Below, in pieces: positions 56,177 through 64,000 of a stretch of 64,000 nucleotides of DNA. The DNA lies in contig CAWJGT010000023.1 in NCBI GenBank assembly GCA_963842525.1, positions 288,001 to 352,000 of the forward strand, written 5' to 3'. The stretch comes from an uncultured Holophagales bacterium (GTDB lineage Bacteria > Acidobacteriota > Thermoanaerobaculia > Multivoradales > UBA5704). The notes under the pieces are model-generated. The model made no database searches, had not been told where the DNA came from, and saw only the letters and a list, made by a program, of their open reading frames with translations. Numbering within the stretch: the stretch's first letter is position 1; each line of letters starts with the position of its first letter. A program made the translations under genes and the position numbers.

Positions 56177-58057
56177 ATGTCCAATCGCGCGTGCAGGCTC
56201 GTCTTTTCCCTCAGCTTTCTGTTCCTTCTCGCCCTTCCCCTCACAGCTCAACAGCCCGCCTCTCCCATCCCCCGGGAGTGGCTCACTCCGGCCGAGGTCG
56301 CGGGCTTCGAGGCCACGCCGAGCTATGACGAGACGCTCGCCTTCCTGCGCAAGGTCCAGACCCGCCTGCCCGCGATGTACATCGGCACCTACGGCAGCTC
56401 CGGCGAGCACCGGCCGCTCCCCTTCGTCGTCGTCTCCAAGGACAAGGCCTTCACCGCCGACAAGGCCCGCCAGCTCGGCAAACCGATCGTCATGATCCAG
56501 AACGGCATCCACGCGGGCGAGATCGACGGCAAGGACGCATCCCTGATGATCCTCCGCGACATGGCCCTGGGCCGCCATGAGGAGATTGCGGAGATCCTCA
56601 ATGCCGTGACCCTGGTGATCGTGCCGATCTACAACGTCGACGGCCACGAGAAGGTCTCGCCCTACAACCGGGCAAACCAGGACGGGCCGCGCAAGGGCAT
56701 GGGCTTCCGGACCACCAGCAACGGGCTCGACCTCAACCGCGACTACCTGAAGCTCGCCTCCGAGGAAGCCCGCGCCCTGGTCGGCCTGATCGCGGACTGG
56801 CGCCCCCATCTCTTCGTGGACAACCATGTCACCGACGGGGTCGACCACGACTGGGTGCTGACCTGGTCCTGGGCCGAGGCGCCGCAGAGCCCGGCGCCGG
56901 TGGACGCGTGGATGCGCGCCCATCTGCCCGCCGCGCTCGCCAACACCGAAAAGGCCGGCCACCGCACCGGGCCGTACGTCGACTTGAAGGACCGCAACGA
57001 TCCCGCCAAAGGGTTCAGCTCCTGGGTCGGCGGGCCTCGCTATTCGTCCGGCTACCTGCCGCTCCGCAACCGCGCCGCGGTCCTGGTGGAGACGCACTCG
57101 TACAAACCCTACCGGCAGCGGGTGCTCGCCACGCGCGACTTCCTGGTCACCCTCCTCCTGGAGGCGGCGAACGACCCGCAGAGTCTGCGCAAGGCGGTCG
57201 CCGACGCCGAGGCCGCCACCGTGGCGATGGGACGGCCGGACGCTCCGCCCTCCGAGGTCGCCGTAGCGTACGACGAGAGCGAAACCGCGGACCGCATCCG
57301 CTTCCCCGTCTATGCCTGGGACATGAAGACCTCGGCCGTGACCGGCCAGCCGCTCCTGGTCTACCGCCGCGGCGAGGTCAAGGAGATCGAGGTCCCCTGG
57401 TACCACGCTCCGAAGGTGGCCAAGGCACTCCCCCGCCCGCGAGGCTACCTCGTGCTCCCCGGCTGGCCGCAGATCGAGCAGCGCCTGCAATGGCATGGGC
57501 TTCGATTCGAAAAGCTGACCGCGCCCGCCGAGCTCGAGGTCGAGACGCTGCGCGTGTCGAATCCCGATCCGGCCGATGGTCCCTACCAGGGCCTGACCCA
57601 GGTCTCGGCCCAGGTCGAGCACAGGACCGAGCGCCGGAAGATCCCCGCCGGCGCGCTCTGGGTCCCGGCCGACCAGCCCGACTTCGCCGTCGCCGTGCAC
57701 CTACTGGAGCCCGAGAGCCCCGACTCGCTCTTCGCCTGGGGTCTCCTCTCCACCGTCTTCGAACAGAAGGAGTACATGGACGCGAGGGTCCTGGAAGGGC
57801 ACGTGGCCGAGATGCTGAAGGACCCCAAGGTCGCCGCCGAATGGCAGGTCGCCCTCAAGGACGAGAAGCTCGCCGGCAATCCCTTCGCCCGCTATCGTTG
57901 GTGGTATCTGCGGACGCCGTATTGGGATGAGGCCGTGGGGCTGGTGCCGGTGTTCCGGGTCCTCAGTCCCTGGAATCCTTCAGCCCGGCCGGCGAAAACG
58001 GGACAGCACAAACCCTACGCCACCGGCGAGAAGCAAGACTCCGCCCATCAACCATGA
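56177..58057 (+). CDS. Secreted M14 zinc carboxypeptidase
   Basis: GIHAGEIDG, NVDG, DLNRD, VDNH and VETH motifs; signal peptide. Confidence 0.92.
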   Translation: MSNRACRLVFSLSFLFLLALPLTAQQPASPIPREWLTPAEVAGFEATPSYDETLAFLRKVQTRLPAMYIGTYGSSGEHRPLPFVVVSKDKAFTADKARQLGKPIVMIQNGIHAGEIDGKDASLMILRDMALGRHEEIAEILNAVTLVIVPIYNVDGHEKVSPYNRANQDGPRKGMGFRTTSNGLDLNRDYLKLASEEARALVGLIADWRPHLFVDNHVTDGVDHDWVLTWSWAEAPQSPAPVDAWMRAHLPAALANTEKAGHRTGPYVDLKDRNDPAKGFSSWVGGPRYSSGYLPLRNRAAVLVETHSYKPYRQRVLATRDFLVTLLLEAANDPQSLRKAVADAEAATVAMGRPDAPPSEVAVAYDESETADRIRFPVYAWDMKTSAVTGQPLLVYRRGEVKEIEVPWYHAPKVAKALPRPRGYLVLPGWPQIEQRLQWHGLRFEKLTAPAELEVETLRVSNPDPADGPYQGLTQVSAQVEHRTERRKIPAGALWVPADQPDFAVAVHLLEPESPDSLFAWGLLSTVFEQKEYMDARVLEGHVAEMLKDPKVAAEWQVALKDEKLAGNPFARYRWWYLRTPYWDEAVGLVPVFRVLSPWNPSARPAKTGQHKPYATGEKQDSAHQP

Positions 58058-58252
58058 AAGCCAGACCAGCAGACCGAAGCCGAGGGAGTTGCCTCCCTCC
58101 GGGCCGAAGGTGCGATCCAGCAAGAGCGGGACCGGACCTCCGATCATCAGGAGAACGCCGAGCACAAGCAGGGTCCAACTCGCGCCCCTGACGATCTTCG
58201 GGGTTTCGCCTTCCGGCGGGCTCGCCTCTTGATCGCTGTCGCTCGTGCTCAT
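57980..58252 (-). CDS. Small two-TM membrane protein
   Basis: Two hydrophobic segments; 3' end overlaps the convergent M14 gene. Confidence 0.5.
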   Translation of the reverse strand: MSTSDSDQEASPPEGETPKIVRGASWTLLVLGVLLMIGGPVPLLLDRTFGPEGGNSLGFGLLVWLSWLMGGVLLLAGGVGFVLSRFRRPG

Positions 58253-58339
58253 GGTGGTACAGGGGTGCAGTATAGACTCCCCCGCCAATGACGATCTGCG
58301 TCCTCGGCGCTTGGACCGGCGGCCGTCTTCTCTCACCTC

Positions 58340-59716
58340 ATGCCACGAAAAAAACTGCTCAGCCGGTTGGCCGCCCTGGATCCCCTGATTCCTGAAGCCT
58401 GCCTGACGCTGCTCTGGACCTGCTTCGAGGAGGTTGGGCTTTCCGCCGTGGAAAACGCCATGCGATCGAGGAGGATTCATCCCATACGGCTCGAAGCACA
58501 CCGCCCATCTGGGAGATCCATTCGCGATCTCCTGTCCGCCGGCGTCGAGGATCTGCGGGCCGCCGGTAACGCGGAGGACTTCGACCTGCTTGCCCTACGC
58601 TGGCTGAAATGGCTTGATATCTGGCTGGGGGAGGGAGAACTCGAGGACTTCGAGAGTGACAGATTTACAGGGCTCGACGGAAGGCTCTATGCCGTACGGC
58701 GCCGTAACGCCTTCCTCGCCTCCCACTACGAGGGATCAGGGGTCGCCGTTCGATGGAGCGCACATCAGGGCCTCTCCCTTGCGGCTTATTGCCGCAACTT
58801 CGTCGTCGTCCCCTGCGAGCCAGTGCACGGGCTACGCATCGTGCCGCGCGCTGCAGCCCGCTGGGGTACACCCTATCTGCACGACCGGCTTCGGATGGAG
58901 AGCGAGGATCTGCGGATCATGCTCTGGCCCCTCCGAACGGCTCTGGACTACCCCTCTCTCGCCGCTCTCCAGAGCTCTCCTCCGCCGACGTTCCTCAGCT
59001 TCGATCAGATCCGGAACGAGCCCGAACTCCAGGATGAGGTGCTGCAAGCGCTCACCATTGCCCGCCACGAGAGAGCGACGGTTCTCGTCTTTCCCGAGCT
59101 CGCGATTCCCCCGACCACGGAGCAAGGGATCCGACGCACCCTGGCCGGCCACGGCGTGGACGGCCACCCCATTCTCACCCTTTTCGGATGCTGCCACCGC
59201 CCGAACAGCCGGGGGGATCTTGACCTGAACGAGGCGGTTCTCCTCGGGTCGGACGGCTCCGAGCTCCACCGGCACCGCAAGCTCGCTCCGTTCACCGACT
59301 ACTCTTTCGGAGAGGAACACCCTTGTGGAGAAAGGCTGGAGCTCGGAACGGACGTGACCGTCCTGGAATCGGCACTCGGCAACCTCACACCGCTGATCTG
59401 CCTCGATCTGCTGAATGGGAGCGTCGCCGAGGCCCTCTACCGGAGTCACGCGAACCTCTTCGCCGTCCCTTCCCTCAGCCAAGAGACCAGGGCCCACCGG
59501 AGCGCCGCAAAGCGGCTCCAGGTGAGCCTTCAGGCTAGCACCTTCGTCTGCAACCGGTGGGTTGCCGCCCTTTCGGAGGAGCGCACGAGCTTCTTCCAGA
59601 TCCCGCGCCAGCAAGGTCTCGTCTGTCACCTCCCCGATCGCAGCGACAAGCCATACCTCCTCTTCGATCTTTCCGAGAGCCCAGGGGTGGACAAGTCAAC
59701 AATCCGGCAAGTATGA
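58340..59716 (+). CDS. Carbon-nitrogen hydrolase (nitrilase-fold) protein with a long N-terminal extension
   Basis: VLVFPEL (Glu), HRKL (Lys) and LICLD (Cys) catalytic triad; VPSLS and FVCN. Confidence 0.8.
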   Translation: MPRKKLLSRLAALDPLIPEACLTLLWTCFEEVGLSAVENAMRSRRIHPIRLEAHRPSGRSIRDLLSAGVEDLRAAGNAEDFDLLALRWLKWLDIWLGEGELEDFESDRFTGLDGRLYAVRRRNAFLASHYEGSGVAVRWSAHQGLSLAAYCRNFVVVPCEPVHGLRIVPRAAARWGTPYLHDRLRMESEDLRIMLWPLRTALDYPSLAALQSSPPPTFLSFDQIRNEPELQDEVLQALTIARHERATVLVFPELAIPPTTEQGIRRTLAGHGVDGHPILTLFGCCHRPNSRGDLDLNEAVLLGSDGSELHRHRKLAPFTDYSFGEEHPCGERLELGTDVTVLESALGNLTPLICLDLLNGSVAEALYRSHANLFAVPSLSQETRAHRSAAKRLQVSLQASTFVCNRWVAALSEERTSFFQIPRQQGLVCHLPDRSDKPYLLFDLSESPGVDKSTIRQV

Positions 59717-59733
59717 TGTCACCTGGTTGAGAG

Positions 59734-60705
59734 ATGATTGTCATGCTAGCAAGCCCGCCCATTCTCCTCGCGCTTTCGGTCTTCCGGGATGCTCCGCCCT
59801 CCGAGGTGGCGGACCTGCTCGAAAGAGCGGCTACCGAGCCGCAGGAGGAGGCGCTCTCGGCTCTTTCGGCTCTGCTGATGAACCGGACGCTGCGTCTGTT
59901 GCGCCAGGGATCGCGGCAGGAGATCCTCGAAGAGTCCTTGATGCTCAACCGCTTCCTGGCGATAGACGCCGGAGACCGGTTGCGGCGAGCTCGCCTCGAT
60001 GTGTCCAGCCGCTGGGCCGCTCTGGGAGAGCTCCTCTCGGGGGCCGCGCGCTCAACGAGCCGGGCGGCGGTCCCCTCGATCCTGAAGAGCACGCGGGGGC
60101 GCGGTCAGGAAATCCTGGAGCTGCTGGCCGGCGAGGGGCGTCCAGTCCCCCGGTCGGAGGTCAAGCGGCGCCTCGGCCTCGCGGAATCCCACCTCTCGCA
60201 CCTTCTCCGCGACTTGGAGGGAGCCAACCTTGTCGTCCGCTATCGCCCAGAGGGTGGAAAAGAGGTCCTAGTGGCCCTCGGCCCGGCCGGAGAGGAAGTG
60301 GTCGACGAGTCGGTATTGCCACCCTGGATCGAGAGGTTGGCAGAGGCTCTCGCCGCGGTCTCCCGCGGCGTTCGGATCGACGGAGAGGAACTCGCCCGAA
60401 GCCTGCACGACTCGGGCGCCCCATCCCGGCTCGCAGCCGGCAGGCTGGCCGAGGCGTTGGGGAAGCTGAGCCTCCCTTCCGAAGCTCCCGCCACCGGTTA
60501 TGCCGCAGCAGAGGACACAGATTCACCAGCTTCCGAGGCTGGGCAACGTCGCGAGGCTGCTCGCCGGACAACAGAGCGGGTAAAGGAAACGAACCCGCAC
60601 TTTGCCAACGTGCTGACCTTTCAGCGCGAACGGCGACCCGGCGCTCTCTTCTCCGCACCCGAGCCTGATGCGGGGCCGCGCTCGGCCGGTGCCGACGGCC
60701 GATGA
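59734..60705 (+). CDS. Protein with a central MarR-like winged-helix domain
   Basis: QEILELLA..VPRSEVKRRLGLAESHLSHLLRDLEGANLVVR..EVLVALGPAG. Confidence 0.75.
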   Translation: MIVMLASPPILLALSVFRDAPPSEVADLLERAATEPQEEALSALSALLMNRTLRLLRQGSRQEILEESLMLNRFLAIDAGDRLRRARLDVSSRWAALGELLSGAARSTSRAAVPSILKSTRGRGQEILELLAGEGRPVPRSEVKRRLGLAESHLSHLLRDLEGANLVVRYRPEGGKEVLVALGPAGEEVVDESVLPPWIERLAEALAAVSRGVRIDGEELARSLHDSGAPSRLAAGRLAEALGKLSLPSEAPATGYAAAEDTDSPASEAGQRREAARRTTERVKETNPHFANVLTFQRERRPGALFSAPEPDAGPRSAGADGR

Positions 60706-63700
60706 TCGTCACCTTCTATTCGTTCAAGGGCGGAGTCGGACGCAGCTCAGCTCTCGTCGAGGTCGCAGCACAGCTTGCCGCGCAAGGGCGGTCGGTCGTC
60801 GTCTGGGATCTGGACCTCGAAGCCCCGGGCCTCCAGAAAATGCCCGACCTCCAGTCGCTCGACCAGCGGCTCGAGATCGGTAGCCTCGACCTGCTCCTGG
60901 AATTTCAGAAGAACAACTACACCCTTCCCAGGGAAGGCGCTCTCCGTCGGGCCGTGATCGACCTTCCTCTCTACGGCCGGCTGGCGAAAGCGCAGGGGAG
61001 GCTCTCCTTCTTGCTTCCCGCCCGGCTCGACGACGGGTATGCAGCCAAGTTCAGCCAGGTGGACTGGGCGGCTCTCTTCGAACCGGAGGGAGCGGGCCCG
61101 GCGTTCTTTCACAGTCTCGCCGGCTCTCTCCTTCAAGAGCTGGGCTACGAGATCGTCCTCGTCGATTCGCGGACCGGTTATACCGACCTCGGAGCGGTCT
61201 GCACCTTACAGCTCCCCGACCTCGTGGTGCTCGTCTTCAACTTCAACGAGCAGAACCTCGCAGGCATCGAACGCGTCCATCTGGCCGTCACTCAGACCCC
61301 GGCGCGCCATTCGGGGACCATCCCGGTCTTCCTCCTGGCGAACATGCTCCCGGACCGGCCCCGCGAGCTGTACGCTCGGAAGAAGGAGGCCCTCGCCGCC
61401 AAGGGGCTCCGTCCGCACGCCGAAGTGATCCTCCGGCCCGAGCTTCTCCTGAGCGATCGAGTACCGACTCTGGCGGGGATGGACGAGGCCGCAGCGGCTC
61501 TGCGGCCCGTCGTCGAGGAGATCGAGAGTCGGATGCGCGAGCTCGAGGCCACGGCGGAGGCCGAGGCCCGCAGCCGGCTGAGCCGCGCAAAGTCGAGAGG
61601 CGACGAAGAGGAGCTCGAAACTTTGCGCCGGCGCGGCATCTACGAGAAGGCCAAGACTTTCGAGGACAAGGTCGCGGAGCTCTTCGCCCTGCTCGGCTAC
61701 CGCACGACGGTCGACTATAAGCGGGACGACCTCCAGCTCGACATCCGCCTGGAGGCGTCGTTCGGGTCCCTGCCGATCCATGCCCTCGTGGAGTGCAAGG
61801 ACACCGAACGGCCGGTCACGCAACAACAGGTCCGGGACTTTGCCTCCAAGGTGGAGTACGTGAGCCGGGTCGACAAGCGGCCGTATCAAGCCATCCTGGT
61901 CGCCCGCTCGGCCTTTGCAAATAACGCCCATACGGTGGCTGAGAACTTGCACGTTAACCTCCAGACCTTTCAGCATCTCCTCCTCTCTCTCGTCGATCTC
62001 CGTCCGAATCTGGAGGCGGCGACCCGAGCTTTCCAGGGAACACCCTTGGAGCGGCTCTACGTCGAGCAGAGCGTAGTGCTGGAGGCGGACATCCGGCCCG
62101 GCGAGGATCTCCACCCGCGTGGGCTCACCGACACGGTCCTCCAGTGGCTCGATCAGCCGGGAGACACTTTCCTAACTCTGCTCGGCGACTTCGGGTGCGG
62201 CAAGACGAGCTTCTGCAAGAGGCTTGCATGCGAGTTGGCCCAGCAGGCCAAGGAACGGCCGGACCAGGTCCGGACACCGGTGCTCATCGATCTGCGGGAA
62301 GGAGGCTCGACGACGGTCACGCTGGAAAACCTCCTCACCTATCACTTCCAGCGCCTCTCTTCGCAGCCGTTCAACCCCCAGGCCCTGCTCCACCTGAACC
62401 GGGAGGGCTACCTCCTCCTGATCTTCGACGGTTTCGACGAGACGATCGCCTATTCGGAACCGGGCCGCTATGTCGAGAACCTGCGGCAGATCCTGCGCGC
62501 CGCCGAGGGGAAGGCGAAGGTTCTTCTCACCTGCCGCACCCACTATTTCCGAGACCGCCCGGAGGCGCTGCGGCGCCTGGGCAAGGCGCCGGAGATTCCG
62601 ACGACGACCGGGGCGACCCGGCTTTACGAGGAAATCCAGGAGCGACCCGGCGCCGAGGTCGGCTATGTCCTTGAATTCGGTGAGGAACAGGTCCGGGAAT
62701 ACCTGCGTAAAGCCCTTCCGCCGCCAGCGGACCCGGAGGCGTTTCGCGAGCAGATCCGGCGTAGATACAACCTGGAAGACCTCGCCCAGCGTCCGGTCCT
62801 CTTGGAGATGATTGTCAAGACGCTGCCGCGGCTCACCGCCTTTGGCAATGGTGAGGTCTCGATTGCGGATCTCTATGAAGCCTATTGCGAGGGATGGTTC
62901 CAGCATACTGACTTCCGTCTCACCCTGACGCGGGAGCGCAAGGTGGCCTTGGTGGAGTACCTGGCGCGCTTGATCTGGGACTCCCCCGAGAACCGCGTCC
63001 ACTACGAGGTGCTGTCCGAGAAAGCGGCCGAGTTCTTCAAGGACCGTCCCTTCACGGTCTTCGAGCGGGAGCGTGTGGACTACGAGGTGCGCACGGCCCT
63101 CTTCCTCCGCCGCGACGCCGAGGGCCACTACTCTTTCATTCACCGCTCATTCCTCGAATTCTTCATCGCTCGCACTCTGCGGGCCGGGCTCGTAGCAGGG
63201 AATCCGGGCTGCCTGGACCTGCGCCGGCTGACGCGAGAGGTGGTCTTCTTTCTGGAGCTCTGGGCGGAGGCACAAAGGATTCCTGACCTCAGTTGCAAGG
63301 TGTTGGAGCAGGATTACCGGCCCCGGATCTCCGAAAACGCGCTTCTCCTGCTCTACCTCCACGCCCGGGCATCTCTGGGGCCGCTCCTTGGCACGGGTGC
63401 GGAAGGGGATGACGGGCAAGCAGACCTGGGAAGGGTGCGGGAGGTATTTCAGCGGACACGTCCAAGAGCTCTTCGGCTCGAAGGAGCGGACCTCGAAGGA
63501 GTGATGCTGGCCGGGGCGGATTTGAGCGGGGCCTCGCTCATCGCGGCCCGGCTGGCCGGGGCGGACTTGCGGGAGGCCTCTCTCGACGGTGCCTGCCTCG
63601 CGAGAGCATTCCTCTCTTCCGCCGACCTAAGGCGTGCTTCGGCATTGAACGCGGATTTCAGTGAAGCCAATCTGGATCACGTGGATGCCCAAGAGGCGAT

Positions 63701-64000
63701 CCTCCAAAGGGCAAACCTCCATGGAGCGAATCTCTGCTTCGCCCGGTTCACTCGGGCGAATTTACTGGAATCCGACTTGGGCGATGTCCTTGCAGATGGG
63801 GCTGGATTCCTCAAGTCCGAGATGTCCCCAGGTTGGGAGCTGTCTTCCACAACCGGTGCGATCGAGCCGCGCGTCTTGGAGCTTCGCGCCCAGGTTGGAC
63901 ATTCCTCTAAGGTTACTCGCCTAGCCTGGATGCCCGGAGGTAGAATTATCGCTTCCACATCTCTTGATGGCGCAATCCTTCTCTTAGATGCCGTTTCGGG
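60702..64000 (+). CDS. NLR-like STAND protein: ParA-like ATPase, Mrr-type REase, NACHT, pentapeptide and WD40 repeats (open at the right edge)
   Basis: My translation: MIVTFYSFKGGVGRS, DLDLEAPGL, LVDSRTG; FEDKVAELF..LDI..LVECK; GDFGCGKT (62184), LIFDGFDE, LLTCRTHYF; LEGADL/LAGADL repeats; GHSSKVTRLAW..IASTSLDG. Start, Walker A and WD40 are in the same frame. Confidence 0.9.
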   Translation, partial: MIVTFYSFKGGVGRSSALVEVAAQLAAQGRSVVVWDLDLEAPGLQKMPDLQSLDQRLEIGSLDLLLEFQKNNYTLPREGALRRAVIDLPLYGRLAKAQGRLSFLLPARLDDGYAAKFSQVDWAALFEPEGAGPAFFHSLAGSLLQELGYEIVLVDSRTGYTDLGAVCTLQLPDLVVLVFNFNEQNLAGIERVHLAVTQTPARHSGTIPVFLLANMLPDRPRELYARKKEALAAKGLRPHAEVILRPELLLSDRVPTLAGMDEAAAALRPVVEEIESRMRELEATAEAEARSRLSRAKSRGDEEELETLRRRGIYEKAKTFEDKVAELFALLGYRTTVDYKRDDLQLDIRLEASFGSLPIHALVECKDTERPVTQQQVRDFASKVEYVSRVDKRPYQAILVARSAFANNAHTVAENLHVNLQTFQHLLLSLVDLRPNLEAATRAFQGTPLERLYVEQSVVLEADIRPGEDLHPRGLTDTVLQWLDQPGDTFLTLLGDFGCGKTSFCKRLACELAQQAKERPDQVRTPVLIDLREGGSTTVTLENLLTYHFQRLSSQPFNPQALLHLNREGYLLLIFDGFDETIAYSEPGRYVENLRQILRAAEGKAKVLLTCRTHYFRDRPEALRRLGKAPEIPTTTGATRLYEEIQERPGAEVGYVLEFGEEQVREYLRKALPPPADPEAFREQIRRRYNLEDLAQRPVLLEMIVKTLPRLTAFGNGEVSIADLYEAYCEGWFQHTDFRLTLTRERKVALVEYLARLIWDSPENRVHYEVLSEKAAEFFKDRPFTVFERERVDYEVRTALFLRRDAEGHYSFIHRSFLEFFIARTLRAGLVAGNPGCLDLRRLTREVVFFLELWAEAQRIPDLSCKVLEQDYRPRISENALLLLYLHARASLGPLLGTGAEGDDGQADLGRVREVFQRTRPRALRLEGADLEGVMLAGADLSGASLIAARLAGADLREASLDGACLARAFLSSADLRRASALNADFSEANLDHVDAQEAILQRANLHGANLCFARFTRANLLESDLGDVLADGAGFLKSEMSPGWELSSTTGAIEPRVLELRAQVGHSSKVTRLAWMPGGRIIASTSLDGAILLLDAVS

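Overview
High-GC bacterial DNA, probably a soil Acidobacteriota (Thermoanaerobaculia-like) genome. That call is an inference from a twice-repeated 'LCL..GR[FY].V.V.W...GYF.F' module, an IPTL-CTERM tail and gene order. Single-base frameshifts hit many genes (NRPS, RomR-like regulator, selD, thiC, Uma2, ImmA) and look like uncorrected long-read errors. Left to right: the start of an NRPS with a Thr-type A domain; a housekeeping block (coaX, birA, valS, RomR-like regulator, split methylmalonyl-CoA mutase); toxin-antitoxin modules and gene remnants; secreted hydrolases and surface proteins; a PhoH2-like ATPase; thiC with a TPP riboswitch; and a right half rich in candidate defence genes. The best candidate for an undescribed system is 58340->64000: a nitrilase-fold protein, a wHTH protein, and a >1099-aa ORF absent from the ORF track (KGGVGR ParA-like ATPase, Mrr-type nuclease, NACHT, pentapeptide and WD40 repeats). 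Other candidates are a Zn-ribbon/DUF3626-like gene coupled to a CHAT protease, an HTH-ImmA + PIN + MBL-hydrolase triplet, a nuclease-nucleotidyltransferase fusion between two copies of the thiC promoter, and a TIR-TM-WD40 protein. A palindromic REP-like family lies between genes and also in-frame inside the NRPS. All domain calls come from reading motifs by eye; no database searches were run.
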